Of a DNA stretch of 64,000 nucleotides, positions 44,244 to 58,885 are shown in pieces. The notes beneath the pieces are model-generated. The model saw only the letters and a program-made list of their open reading frames with translations. It searched no databases and was not told the origin of the DNA. The stretch lies in NCBI GenBank assembly GCA_012295275.1, contig CM022667.1, forward strand, positions 11,594,001 through 11,658,000, read 5' to 3'. Position 1 is the stretch's first letter, and each line of letters starts with the position of its first letter. This DNA is from Chrysomallon squamiferum. Taxonomy: Eukaryota; Animalia; Mollusca. A program made the translations under genes and the position numbers.

Positions 44244-47200
44244 TAATAATAATAATAATAATCATGTTATATTTTATCATAACGATTATAACAGGTACGA
44301 TATCATCAACACTAATAATGATAGTGATACAAGTAGAGAGCATCAAAATAGAGGCAATGATGATGATGTAGGTCATGATAACAATAACAGTTCAGATAAG
44401 AATTAACCCAGTGGTTTACCATGACAATAATGCTGATGATAACAGAACTCATACGTTATTAAAATTTATAAAACAAAGAATGTATATAATTCACCACTCA
44501 CTATAACAGTTTACATAATAAATATTATTAAAAAAATAATGAAAAAAAAAAAAAAAAACATGAGCAAAAATTAGTGTCGTTATAAGGACACAAGTTCTTT
44601 ATTTATTCCACAGTGAAATATCAAACTGGCGTTGGCAGCCAAGAGTTAGGAACACAGCGACAACAAGATGCTCAACAAGATGTCTTTGTTGAATCACTTG
44701 ACACCAGAGGTCAGGACGTGAACAGTAACCAGCAGAAAAATGGAAGCCGAAAAGGAGACGCGAAAAACGCAGGTGATGACAGTGATGAAGTGACTGGACA
44801 AGAAAAAGGTGGTAGCCAGAAAGAGGGAGCTGCAGAACAAAAAACTGGTGGTCAACAAAGTAACAATCGTATACAGCTTGACTCTGAACGATCACAGGGC
44901 AATGTACAAGAACAGGGCTATAAAGGACAACAGGGCATCGAAGGACAACAGCGCTATGAAGGACAACAGGGCTATGAAGGACAACAGGGCATCGAAGGAC
45001 AACAGGGCGATAAACAACAACAGGGCGATGAAACAACAACAGGGCTATGAAGTACAACAGGGCAATGAAGGACAACAGGGCAATGTGCAACAACAGGGTG
45101 ATGAAATTCAACAGGGTGATGTACAACAACAGGGTGATGTGCAACAACAGGGTGATGGCAGTCAGGAGGTGGGTGTACAACAAGAGGGTGGTGTCCAAGT
45201 AAAAGGTCGACAGTGGAGTGGTGACCAGCAAACTGGTGAGCAGCAAACTGATTAGCAGCAAAGAAACGGCATTCGATAACCAGACGTAGAGTCAAGAAAA
45301 TTTACTTTATTCCAGAAGATCATTTTAAAATTACACCATTTTTCTAATATTTTATTTTTCAAAAAAGTCAATACCAATAAAAAGCATCTGAAGAACGTAA
45401 ATTCACGCTGTTTAGATTCTATATTTCTTACAAGTAAAAATATGTTTGAAAACACAATGAATATATCTAATCACTGAACCTGTTACAAAAAATGTAAAAA
45501 CAACAATTATATTGAAAAATTATTTTAAAATAAAATCAAAAAATAAAATATAAATAATATAGCAAAAAGTTAAAATACTCACGATTGTTTTGTTTTGTTT
45601 AATTATTATTTTATTCTTCTTTTACATATATATATATATATATTACCATCAACATAATTATTATTTATTTATTCATTTATTTATTTATTTATTTATTTAT
45701 CTGTTCGACAGTGAAATATTATCAAGACGGTGGACGGGGTCAGGAGCTAGGAACACAGCGACAACAAGATGCTCAACAAGATGTCGTTGTTGAATCACTT
45801 GACACCAGAGGTCAAGAGCTGAACAGTAACCAGCAGAAAAATGGAAGCCGAAAAGGAGACGGGAAAAACGCAGGTGATGACAGTGACGAAGTGACTGGAC
45901 AAGAAAAAGGTGGTAGTCAGAAAGAGGGAGCTGCAGAACAAAAAACTGGCAGTCAACAAAGTAACAATCGTATACAGCTTGACTCTGAACGATCACAGGG
46001 CAATGTACAAGAACAGGGCTATAAAAGACAACAGGGCATTGAAGGACAACAGGGCTATGAAGGACAACAGGGCAATGAAGTTCAACAGGGCTATGACGTT
46101 CAACCGGGTGATGTACAACAACATGGTGATGTACAACAACAGGGTGATGTACAACAACAGGGTGATGTACAACAACAGGGTGATGGCAGTCAGGAGGCGG
46201 GTGTACAACAAGAGGGTGGTGTCCAAGTAAAAGTTCGACAGTGGAGTGGTGACCAGCAAACTGGTGACCAGCAAACTGGTGAGCAGCAAACAAAACGTAT
46301 TCGACAACCAGACGTAGAGTCAAGTAAATTTATTTTATTCAAGAAGATCATTTTTAAATTACACCATTTTTTTCTTGTAAAAATGGCCAATACAAATAAA
46401 CAGCATTTGAAGAACGTAAATTCACGCTGTTTAGACTCTATATTCCTTACAGTTATTTCAAGTGTTTCTTCAAATACTAGCTAGTTTATTACATTCGTTA
46501 AAATATTTATTTACACAATCCTAAATATGTGTGAAAACACAATGAATAATCACTGAACCTGTTATAAAAAATGTAAAACAACTTTTATATTGAAAAAAAT
46601 ATTTTTTAAAAATGAAAATAAATATAAATATAGCAAAAAATTTTAATATTCAAATAATTTCAGTATTGTGAGTAAAACGTTTAACATAAAAACTTTAAAA
46701 ATACAATTCACCATCTTTTTTTATTTTATTGGGGGGTTGTTTTTGTAATTATTATTTTATTCTTCTTTCATATATATATATAATCATCATCGTCGTCATT
46801 ATTTATTTATTTATTTATTCATTTATTTATTTATTTATCTGTTCGACAGTGAAATATTATCAAGACGGTGGACGGGGTCAGGAGCTAGGAACACAACGAC
46901 AACAAGATGCTCAACAAGATGTCGTTGTTGAATCACTTGACACCAGAGGTCAAGAGCTGAACAGTAATCAGCAGAAAAATGGAAGCCGAAAAGGAGACGC
47001 GAAAAACGCAGGTGATGACAGTGACGAAGTGACTGGACAAGAAAAAGGTGGTAGTCAGAAAGAGGGAGCTGCAGAACAAAAAACTGGTGGTCAACAAAGT
47101 AACAATCGTATACAACTTGAAGGACAACAGGGCTTTGAAGGACAACAGGGCTTTGAAGGACAACAGGGCAATGAAGTACAGCAGGGCTATGAAGGGGCTA

Positions 47201-49532
47201 TGAAGGACAACAGGGCTTCGAAGGACAACAAGGCTATGAAACACAACAGGGCAATGAAGTACAACAGGGCAATGAAGTACAACAGGGTTATGAAGTACAA
47301 CAGGGTGATGTACAACAAAAAGGTGATGTACAACAACAGGGTGATGGCAGTCAGGAGGTGGGTGTACAACAAGAGGGTGGTGTCCAAGTAAAAGGTCGAC
47401 AGTGGAGTGGTGACCAGCAAACTGGTGACCAGCAAACTGGTGAGCATTTTTCTAATATTTTATTTTTCAAAAAGCAATACCAATAAAACAAAACGCTATT
47501 CGATTCTCTAACCAGTTGTTTCAAGTTTGTCTTCAAATATTGGCTAAACTTTTTAAAATTTTATTCAAGAAAAATATGTTTTTGAATATATCTAATCACT
47601 GAACATAAAAAGTGTAAAAACAACTTTTTTATTCAAATAATTTTGAAAATAAATATAAATTGCAAACAATTATAATATTCAAATAAAAGTTTAGCATCAA
47701 ATATTTAAAAAATATTTCCAAAATATGTTTTTTATTTTTTATTTTGTTGGGGGTTTTAGGGGGTTTTTCAATTATTATTTTATTCTTCTTATATATATAT
47801 ATCATCATCATCATTATTTATTTATTTATTTATTTATCTGTTTGACAGTGAAATATTATCAAGACGGTGGACAGGAGCTGGACAGCGACAACAAGATGCT
47901 CAACAAGATGTCGTTGTTGAATCACTTGACACCAGAGGTCAAGAGTTGAACAGTAACCAGCAGAAAAATGGAAGCCGAAAAGGAGACGGGAAAAACGCAG
48001 GTGATGACAGTGATGAAGAGACTGGACAAGAAAAAGGTGGTAGTCAGAAAGAGGGAGCTGCAGAACAAAAACCTGGTGGTCAACAAAGTAACAATCGTAT
48101 ACAACTTGAAGGACAACAGGGCTTTGAAGGACAACAGGGCTATGAAAGACAACAGGGCAATGAAGTACAACAGGGTTATGAAGGACAACAGGGCTTTGAA
48201 GGACAACAGGGCTTTGAAGGACAACAGGGCAATGAAGTACAACAGGGCTATGAAGGACAACAGGGTGATGTACAACAACAGGGTGATGTGCAACAACCGG
48301 GTGATGTACAACAAAAAGGTGATGGCAGTCAGGAGGTGGGTGTACAACAAGAGGGTGGTGTCCAAGTAAAAGGTCGACAATGGAGTGGTGACCAGCAAAC
48401 TGGTGAGCAGCAAACAAAACGTATTCGACAACCAGACGTAGAGTCAAGTAAATTTATTTTATTCAAGAAGATCATTTTTAAATTACATAATTTATTCAAA
48501 TAATTTTAATATTGTAAGTAAAAAGTTTAGCATCAAGTATTTAAAAAATTATCCAACATCTTTTTTTATTATTTAGTTGGGGGTTTTTAGGGGTTGTTTT
48601 TGTAATTATTATTTTATTCTTCTTATATATATTATCATCATCATCATTATTTATTAATTTATTTATTTATCTGTTTGACAGTGAAATATTATCAAGACGG
48701 TGGACAGCGACAACAAGATGCTCAACAAGATGTCGTTGTTGAATCACTTGACACCAGAGGTCAAGAGTTGAACAGTAACCAGCAGAAAAATGGAAGCCGA
48801 AAAGGAGACGGGAAAAACGCAGGTGATGACAGTGATGAAGAGACTGGACAAGAAAAAGGTGGTAGTCAGAAAGAGGGAGCTGCAGAACAAAAACCTGGTA
48901 GTCAACAAAGTAACAATCGTATACAGCTTGAAGGACAACAGGGCTTTGAAGGACAACAGGGCTATGAAGGACAACAGGGCAACGAAGTACAACAGGGCAA
49001 TGACGTACAACAGGGCTATGAAGGACAACAGGGCTATGAAAGACAACAGGGCAATGAAGTACAACAGGGCAATGAAGTACAACAGGGCTATGAAGTACAA
49101 CAGGGCAATGAAGTACAACAGGGTGATGGCAGTCAAGAGATCGCCGGTCAACAGGAGGCTCGTGGTCAAGTGAAAGCAGAACAGTTTGGTGGCGATCAGC
49201 AAATGAGAAGAAACGAACAGTGGGCCCCTGACCAACAAAGAAAACGTATTAGAGAACCAGATGTACAGTCAGGTAGTTTTTCTTCCTGCAACAGTCTAAG
49301 TTACATTTTGAGAAAAATATGAACACCAGTCATACCAACCAGTATAAAATGTCAGTAATAATAGGCAATATAAATATATTTTCTTCTTCTTCTATTTTTA
49401 TGAAATTCTTTATCCTTGTGAAGGATTCCTTAACTATAATGAAAGATTCTGATTGCAAATTAACGTTGTCCTCGCGTACTGGTTATCATATTATGTTTGC
49501 TAATTTGTTTGTTTGTTTGTTTACTTACTTAC

Positions 49533-49591
<59 letters not shown>

Positions 49592-49702
49592 TTCCACAGT
49601 GAAATATCAAACTGGCGTTGGCAGCCAAGAGTTTATTGGGGGGTTGTTTTTGTAATTATTATTTTATTCTTCTTTCATATATATATAATCATCATCATCG
49701 TC

Positions 49703-49742
<40 letters not shown>

Positions 49743-52084
49743 TCTGTTCGACAGTGAAATATTACCAAGACGGTGGACGGGGTCAGGAGCTAGGAACACA
49801 GCGACAACAAGATGCTCAACAAGATGTCGTTGTTGAATCACTTGACACCAGAGGTCAGGACGTGAACAGTAACCAGCAGAAAAATGGAAGCCGAAAAGGA
49901 GACGGGAAAAACGCAGGTGATGACAGTGATGAAGAGACGGGCAAGGAAAAAGCTGCTAGTCAGAAGAATGGTGTCCAGCAAGAGGGTGCGGCCCAGAACA
50001 TGGTCGATGGCCAAGAAAGAGGCAATGGCCAGAAATGGAGTGGAGATGAGCAGAGGAACATCATCGGACAGGAGATTGGTGGTCAAGTTGAGATGGGTGG
50101 TCAAGTTGAGATGGGTGGCCAAGAAAGAGGCTTTGGTCAACAGAAGACTGAAGGCCAACAAAGAAACAATCGCATACAACTCGATGCCCAAGTGCAAGCT
50201 GACAGTCAGGAAATCGGTGGCCAGCAAGACCGCGGTGGGCTCCAGGACCGTCCTGTCCAGAAAAAGGACAGTGACCAGAAGAAGTGGAACGACAGCCAAT
50301 GGGGAGGCAGTACCCAGCAGCGGAGTAACAGCCAGCAAAGAGTGGAAAACCAGAAACAAAGCCCAGACCAACAACAGCAGGCAGACAGTCAGGAGGCTGG
50401 TGGCCAGCAAGAAGGAGCAGGGCAGCAGGAAAGTGGTGGCCAAAAAAAGAACGACGGCGCACAGTGGAGAACTGATCAACAGCGACGTCCACAAGAAAGT
50501 AATGGTCGCCTACAACCTGACACTGAACGACAACAAAGCAGTAACCGACAAGAAGAAGATAGTCAGGAGAGAGGTGGCCCGCAGGAGGGTAATGGTCAGC
50601 AGGAGGGTAATGGTCAGCAGGAGGGTGGTGGTCAGCAGGAGGGTAATGGTCAGCAGGAGGGGGGTGCCCAGCAGGAGGGCGGTGGCCAGCAGGAGGGTAA
50701 TGGTCAGCAATGGCGTGAACGTCCACAGGTGGACACAAACCACGAAGGAAGAATTCCCCTACAGGTGGACGCTGAAAGAAAACAAAGCCGTAACCAACAA
50801 CAAGCAGACAGTCAGGAGCTTGGTGGGCAGCAGGAGGGTGGCGGGCAGCAGGAGGGTCGCGGGCAGCAGGAGGGTGCTGGGCAGCAGGAGGGTGCTGGCC
50901 AAGAAGGAGTTAGTAGACAACGAACTGTTGATCGTCAACAAGGAAGTGGAGAACTGGGTGGCCAACAGGAAAGAAGCGGTGATCAACAGAGAGCCATTCG
51001 CATCCAGCTGGATGCTGAACGACAACAAGGTGACAGCAGTAGCGAGGAGGAACAAGGAGGCCAACAGGAGGGCGGAAATCAAGAGCGCCCCAGTGGGCGA
51101 CAGCGAATCGCAGTGAAGTGTATCATCCGAAGAACTAAGAGTGAAGGTCAACGGGGCGCTGATCAGCAACAAGGCGAAGGTAGTCAGGAAGGCGGCGGGG
51201 GTGAACAATCATCTAGTGGTCAACGAGGGTCCAGTGAGGGTCAACAGGGCGCAGAACAGCAACAAGGCGAAGGTAGTCAGGAAGGCGGCGGTGAACAATC
51301 ATCTAGTGGTCAACGAGGGTCCAGTGAGGGTCAACAGGGCACAGAACAGCAACAAGGCGAAGGTAGTCAGGAAGGCGGCGGGGGTGAACAATCATCTAGT
51401 AGACAACGAAGTGTTGATCGTCAACAAGGAAGTGGAGAATCTGGTGGCCAACAGGAAAGAAGCGGTGATCAACAGAGAGGCGGTCGCGTCCAGATGGATG
51501 CTGAAAGAAAACAAGGTGACAGTAGTAGCGAGGAGGAACAAGGAGGTCAGCAGGAGGGGGGTGGGGGTGAACAGACGACCAGTGACGGTCAACAGGGCGC
51601 TGATCAGCAACAAGGCGGAGGTAGTCCGGAGGTAGGAGGTCAGCAGGAGGGGGGCGGGTGTGAACAGACGACTACTGAGGGTCAACAGGGCGCAGATCAG
51701 CAACAAGGCGAAGGTAACCAGGAGGTAGGAGGTCAGCAGGAGGGGGGCGGGGGTAAACAGACGACTACTGAGGGTCAACAGGGCGCAGATAGTCAGGAGG
51801 GCGGGGGTGAACAGACGACTACTAGTCCACGAAGGACCAATGAGGGTAAACAGGGCGCAGAACAACAACAAGGCGGAGGCAGTCAGGAGACTGGGGCTCA
51901 GCAAGAAGGCGGGGCGCTACTGGACTGTGGTGGTTTAGAGGAAGGCGGTGGCAAAAGACCACAGATCAAGAAAACACGGTTGGATGCAGCACCGAAAAGG
52001 AGAGTGGTTGTGAAGAGGCGTCCGCGCGTCTGGAGAACCAGGACGTACCGAGGGAGACAAGGCGATAGCAGTGAGGAAAAGTAG
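40685..52084 (+). CDS. Gene D: large secreted Gln/Gly/Glu-rich repetitive protein (~1350 aa if all intact exons are used)
   Basis: Exons 40685-40720 (MRVYCFQWVAVL), 41662-41758 (FTVSAVLAVPINRG..DGK), 43640-44035, 45712-46323, 48682-49272 and 49755-52084 (stop). Internal exons are symmetric phase 1-1 and paralogous (QQDxQQDV..KNAGDDSDE..). Repeats EGQQGY/DVQQQG/QQEGGG; basic C-terminal tail. Confidence 0.8.
44614..45295 (+). pseudogene. Disabled duplicate exon of gene D (copy 1)
   Basis: Good acceptor, but a frameshift near 45030, stops near 45250-45280, and the donor mutated (tcaa|gt to tcaa|ga). Confidence 0.75.
46850..47445 (+). pseudogene. Disabled duplicate exon of gene D (copy 3)
   Basis: Frameshift near 47195 gives a stop at 47391; the 3' end and normal donor are deleted. 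Confidence 0.75.
47849..48447 (+). pseudogene. Frameshifted duplicate exon of gene D (copy 4)
   Basis: A deletion near 47875 shifts the frame (stop 47949). The rest of the exon and its donor are intact; an alternative AG at 47873-47874 would restore the frame. Confidence 0.6.
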
Positions 52085-52338
52085 ACCAGTGGATGACGTC
52101 ACGGAATCCGTCCGTGTCATCGCGCCAAACTCAACTAACTCACTGACGTCACTCAAATGCAAAAGACAAAAATGTCTGTATATTTGTCAGTCCCTCTGTC
52201 TCTCCGTGTGATTATACAGACTGAAATATGTGCGCTATTTATTATATAACACAGTAACACTCTAGAAGTAGAAATAGTAATAAACATGATACTTTATGCG
52301 TCTTAGTTTTCTTCTTATTTATTTTATTTTATTTTATT

Positions 52339-52385
<47 letters not shown>

Positions 52386-52498
52386 TTTCAGTTTAGCTTA
52401 GTTTAGTTTAGTTTATTATTTGTTTGGTTTCTTGGTTTCATTTTTTATTATTTTTATTTTTATTTTTTATTTTTTATTTTTTCATTTATGAGTCGTTC

Positions 52499-52531
<33 letters not shown>

Positions 52532-53665
52532 TCGTGCTTTTACGCTATTTTGTCGTTTCTCATCTTTCCGACAGTGATTAAAAGGGAGATAACTTTGGTA
52601 TAACATTGCAAGTGACCCGAGGTCATCGCAGTTTAAGGCGTGGCTTGTAACCAGTGACATACGTACACAGAAAACGTCTTTGTGTTGTGAAGCATTACCT
52701 CTCATCTTTTACTGTTTCTTTTCCTGTTTTAACAGCTATTGTTCTCAATGCAATCATTAATATGACCGATCTTATTGTTGTTGCTGATGTTGGTATATTT
52801 TGTTGTATACTTCATTCATATATATATAATTTTGTTTTCAACTTAAATAAATATATATAAAAAAAAAAAAAAAAAAAATTAAAAAAAAAAAAAAGAAAAA
52901 AAAGAAAAGAAAATGGAAAGAAGATGGAAAGAAAAAAGGGATATCTGCTTACATATATTCTAGATTATATAGTTTATTTCGGTGTATATTTATGTAAATA
53001 TTAAATAACCTGGTGTAAACAATCAATAAAATATTTATGTTTTCCCAAGTTTGTTTTCAATATCACACAGGACTCAAACTGCACTTTTTTCACCATGGTT
53101 CGTTCACGAAACACAAAAATACGATTCTCTGTCTGTCTGTGTATATAACTGCATGTCTGTGTATCTCTCTATCCATCCATCTGTCTAGCTATGTATCTGT
53201 CCATATGTGTGTCTGGCTCGGTCTTTCTCTCAGTCTCTCTTTCTCTATCTATCTATCTGTCTTTCTTTTCTTTTTTGTCTTTAATGTTTAATAACGGATA
53301 ATATTGTTTATTTAAATCATTTAATGTGAAAAAGACAATAAAATAATTAAACCAAGACCTTAAATGAATTTTTTTTTCTAGAAAGATATAGATTATATTC
53401 GTAGATAACACACGAGCGCACACACACTTACACACATACATACATACATACATACACACATGCATACATACATACATACATACATATTTACATTAATACG
53501 TGCAAGTATATATAAATACATATATGCTTTTTCTGTTCAGTGTTTGTACATGTTCATGACTACCAGAACACACACACACACACACACACAAACGCTCACA
53601 CTCACACATACACACACAAACGCTCACATACAAAACTCATACACATGCAAATTCATTACACAGGT

Positions 53666-53862
53666 ACGGATATATCTTTCGACAGATAAACATGAATGAA
53701 ATGTGCTGTCAATGAAATTTCCTTGCTGTTTTCTCTTATAATTTATTTCCAGTTGCTCTCATACAATACGGATATATCTTTCGACAGATAAACATGAATG
53801 AAATGTGCTGTCAATGAAATTTCCTTGCTGTTTTCTCTTATAATTTATGTCCAGTTGCTCTC
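53666..53862. repeat. ~101-bp tandem duplication
   Basis: tacggatatatctttcgacagataaacatg..ccagttgctctca occurs twice. Confidence 0.85.
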
Positions 53863-54135
53863 ACACAGAAGCGTCTCATTTCTCTGAATGGATGGGTCGA
53901 TGGCTGATGTATACGTGGATTAAGAGATTCTTAGTTAAATAGGTCGACAGAGATTTACAAAAAGATACATATTAAGTGTTGTATATGTCAAATTTGTAGA
54001 AAGGAAGAAAGGAAATAACAAGAACATTATAAACTGGATTTGTGTATATATATATGATCAGATATAGATTATATTCGTAGATAACACACGAGCGCACACA
54101 TACACATACACACACACATATACATACTATAACTT

Positions 54136-54174
<39 letters not shown>

Positions 54175-54260
54175 TGATTCCCCACCCCATAGTCACGACA
54201 AATCTGAGGGTGCTCCTGAGTGTTGCCTGATGCCTCGGCATAGAGTCAAACATTATGATG

Positions 54261-54475
54261 ATAATATTACGTCCCATGAAAAAGATTTGTGCGTTAAATA
54301 GTAATATAAATTAACTGAATAAAACCACATAATATTATGTCCCATGAAAAAGATTTGTGTGTTAAATAGTAATATAAATTAACTGAATAAAACCACATAA
54401 TATTATGTCCCATGAAAAAGATTTGTGTGTTAAATAGTAATATAAATTAACTGAATAAAACGACATAATATTATA
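54261..54475. repeat. ~68-bp tandem repeat, 3 copies
   Basis: ataatattatgtcccatgaaaaagatttgtgtgttaaatagtaatataaattaactgaataaaaccac repeated three times. Confidence 0.85.
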
Positions 54476-54924
54476 AAAAAGATGAATACTGTATGTACCT
54501 TCGCTAGCCCAAGATTAAGTGTAACAACCAAAGAATTTTGGGAACCATCGAGAGACATTTTTGAATAACTCTGCAAGGATTTGCCTACAAGCAACTTACA
54601 TGGTTATGTCCCTTACATGAAGACACGAATATATTGGATATCTTTTATCCGATATATACCTATATGTTAATTGCACACACATATATATATACGTACACAC
54701 GCACGCACACGCACGCACACACACACATACATATATAAACACAGACACACATTATTCTTTAAAAAATTTCAAAGATTTTTTATTAATTATTCAAGGAACA
54801 AATTTAACTGTCCTGAAAAAGCAGCAACTTTAAATTCAAGTTATTTAGATAGACCAATATACAACTGAGTAGCAGTAAAAAAAAAATAATAATAATAATA
54901 ATTATAATAATAAAAATAATAATA

Positions 54925-54959
<35 letters not shown>

Positions 54960-55110
54960 AATAATAATAATAATAATAGTGAAGAAATGACACAAAGCAA
55001 AAATATCAACAAAATAATTCCCTTTTTTTTAAATTTATTTAATGTCTGATATTTTTTTTTATTTTCATTTCTTTTTTATAATTTTTCTTTTTTTATTATT
55101 TATTTTTATT

Positions 55111-55174
<64 letters not shown>

Positions 55175-55214
55175 CTTCTTGTTGCTGTTGCTTTAATGCA
55201 ATTTTAACAGGATT

Positions 55215-55772
55215 TCAGTCACTGAAATGTAGTCTTCTTCTGCAGACACGTGGACACCGGCCTCTGCATTCCTCGTCTGGAAACGAGCAGTCCCTGTCGC
55301 TGTAGCATTCGTCACGCTCCTTGCACATGGGGTTGATCCTGCACATGCCGACGCATTTTCCTAAAGAGCAAAAACATGCAACATTAGAACACACACGCGC
55401 GCGCGCGTCATTTTAGAACAAAGATAGAAGAATATTTTGTTTGTTAAACACACAGGAATAATTTACAGACAGTTATAGATACGAATGCCTTTGATAGGTA
55501 TTTTTATTAAATGTTCTGTTTTTTTGCCATCTCTATTAAAGCCATTACTATTACTTGTAACAGTACCAACACTTACAGTACTAATATTGCTACTGTAACT
55601 ATTTCATCTAGTACTACTACCACTACAACTACTACTATTACTACTACTACTATTATTATTACTGCTGCAACCGCTATTACTACTACAACTACTACTGCCA
55701 CTATTACTACTACTATTACTACTATTACTGTACTATTATTGCTAAAAAAAAATACTCTCCTGTTATTGCTAT

Positions 55773-55855
<83 letters not shown>

Positions 55856-56249
55856 TAAGAAGAAGATGATAGAGGTTATCAACAGATTGGCCATTACTTC
55901 TCACTGAAAGTGACATTTGAAATTATCAGTACATTACTATATAACTTACGTCTTATAGGTATGAGTATTCTTTTTCGCACGGGTCGAACTAAGACTACTG
56001 GCTGAGATACTGGACCGGTGATTGGTTTATTTTGCATCGAGGATTTTGATCCCCTGTTGTGTATTCGATCAAGTAGCTCTTGGAAGTATTTTGGAAGCAC
56101 CTTTCTAGGTTTCTTTGTCGTTGTGGCAGTCACAGTTAAACAATACAACTGATAGAAAAGTTATAGAGAAAACATTTATTGTTATTATTATTATTATTAT
56201 TATTATCACCATCATCATCATCGTCTTTCTTCATCATCAGTATGGTTGT

Positions 56250-56280
<31 letters not shown>

Positions 56281-57036
56281 TTGTCTTTATGTATACAATA
56301 AGATGCAAAACGTATCTGCTGCTTTAATCTTTCCTATAAATCTATTTATAGCAACATGGTCTTTGTATCTTTTGTGCAACATAAAATTAATATGTTTGTT
56401 TCAACCCGTGTGTCAGTAGCTTTTCTCTAAAAATTAATGTTTTGTTTTAATGCTAATGGACAGCTGTATAAGTGCAGTTTATATTAATGACGTGCTTTAA
56501 AAAGAAAATAAATGAACTTGTTAATCCGCATACGTCACGATATGTTGAAAAAACACCAAAAATAAATGCGTTTTTGAAAAAATGTTTTAGTCATTTTATT
56601 AACTTGTTTTTACTTACTTACTTACTTACTTACTTACCGATTCATTTTTTTATATATTTATTCATACATTATTTATGTTGTTGGCCTTTGTTTCTTGTCA
56701 GGTTTTTTGTTGTTGTTTATTGTTTGATTTTTGTTTGTGTTTTTTTTTTTTATTATTTATTTTATCTGCTATTTTTAAAGGATTTGTTGATAAAAAAAAG
56801 AGAAAAGTTATGCTTTAGCGTTGACTGTAATACTCCCACAATATATTTCTAATTTTCATTCGAGTCTTACCAGTATTGCAAGTTATGATAACTGCGTTTA
56901 GCTAAACAACTTAAATGTATGTTGTGATATATTCTTGGCAATGTGAATCTTGCTAAAAGCTAACTATCGGTTATGGTTCCCAAATCGTTATTATTATAAA
57001 AATATTATAAAAATATTACTACTACTACTAGTAGCT

Positions 57037-57119
<83 letters not shown>

Positions 57120-57183
57120 AGTAGTAATAGTAATAGTAGTAGAGTAGTATATTATTTTAACTTTTAATTGTTTTGGGGAACTT

Positions 57184-57214
<31 letters not shown>

Positions 57215-57523
57215 TATTTTAGGATACACAGCATAATTTACGTTTACTTTTATTTCATTTTTGACTTTGGTTTTTAGTTATTGAATTGTTTTGTGGGATT
57301 TTTATTGTTTGTTTTTTATTATTATTTTTTTAAATTTAATTAAATTATTTAAATTTAATTCATTTTTTAAATTTATTTAAAATTACATAACTAATTTTAT
57401 TTTATTAAAAAAAAAAAAAAATTATTATTACTATAATTTTATTTAGGTATTTATTTGATTTATTATTGTAGTTATTGTAGCTGTTGTTATCGTTATTATT
57501 ATTATTATTCTGATTATTATTAA

Positions 57524-57592
<69 letters not shown>

Positions 57593-57900
57593 GTTATTGT
57601 TATTATCATTGTTGTTGTATTTATTGTTATTATTATTATATTTTTATTATAATATATTTTTATTGAATTACTTCTGATTTTGTTTTAATATTTATATTTT
57701 TTTAATTTTTTATATATTTTTTTTTTACGATTATTTTTTTTTTTTTATTTTTGATAGATGATAACTTAAAAGCATAAAGTACGTCAGCAGTTAAATAAGC
57801 TGCAATTTATTAAATTACGATAAATAAAAAAAAAAACAAGTAAAAATAAAAAAATTCCACTTACCAGAACAAGCAAGACAACCGTGCGGTAGAGCTTCAT
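55215..57900 (-). CDS. Gene E: secreted basic Pro/Arg/Lys-rich protein with C-terminal 8-Cys (WAP-like) domain, ~126 aa, 3 exons
   Basis: Exons 57900-57865 (MKLYRTVVLLVL), 56148-55950 (LYCLTVTATTTKKPRKVLPKYF..RPVRKRILIPIR) and 55360-55215 (RKCVGMCRINPMCKERDECYSDRDCSFPDEECRGRCPRVCRRRLHFSD*). Phases 0 and 1. Confidence 0.85.
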
Positions 57901-58816
57901 TTTTTCTGTCGATCACGTAGACTGGTTCCTCAAAGCTGATCCCAAGAAATTTAGACTGGCATTACATGTCAATTACGTTTTTCAATTGCGTCATATATAG
58001 CGAAATAGCGGATACGTCAAAAATAATATATACGAAAGTTAACTCAGGGCGGCATCTTTTGTCAGATACCATTAATTTGTTTAAAGTTACATTAGTTCAT
58101 TACGATTACGAATTTCTTTCCTGTCTCCTTTTAAATCGAATATAAAATGGTATGTCAGAAAAATCTGAAACAAAACACTTGAAACGATCCTCCCACTATA
58201 CGTTATTTCGCTTAAATAAAGAGGTAAAAATAAATTAATAAAAAAAGAAATTTAAAAAAAAAAAGATACAAGAAGTAGAACAGACCTTATATTACTGTAT
58301 TATTCAAGATTTTGGCTTGGAAGTTTTCATTACAAATTACCATCCACAAACATTTCTATTAAAAAACAAAAATCGATTTCCGAAAACTTGCTTGAAACAT
58401 TAAAAGCAGTTTGTGTATATATTCTCTGTATATATGTGTCTATGTTTGTGCGTCTGTGTGTTTGTGTGTGTACGTAATGTTTCTCGACAGCTGAAAATTC
58501 TTGGACTTTATCGCTTTAGTTCATATTTCATCACGGTCAGATATTATCTTTACTTCCGATTTAGAGTATCGATATGATTAAAATCAATAGTATTATTATC
58601 TTTACTTCCGATTTACAGTATCGATATGATTAAAATCAATAGTATTATTATTCTTTTTAAATTGTTTCTTGTAGACGCTGGTAGAAACATTCTGTTTGTT
58701 CTGATATACATGTATATAAATTCACTAAAACATCCAATCTTTTGTGTTTTTATATATATGTAGGTATATATGTATGTATGTGTGTGTATATATATATATT
58801 TTTTTTATTATTTGTT

Positions 58817-58885
<69 letters not shown>

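Noticed and set aside
49319-49754. N-terminal 145 aa of the 921-aa ORF
   Set aside because: Intronic TTTA repeats that happen to be in frame; the exon starts at acceptor 49755, as in the paralogous exons.
44599-52162. Antisense and alternative-frame ORFs over gene D
   Set aside because: Shadows of the repetitive Gln/Gly coding strand.
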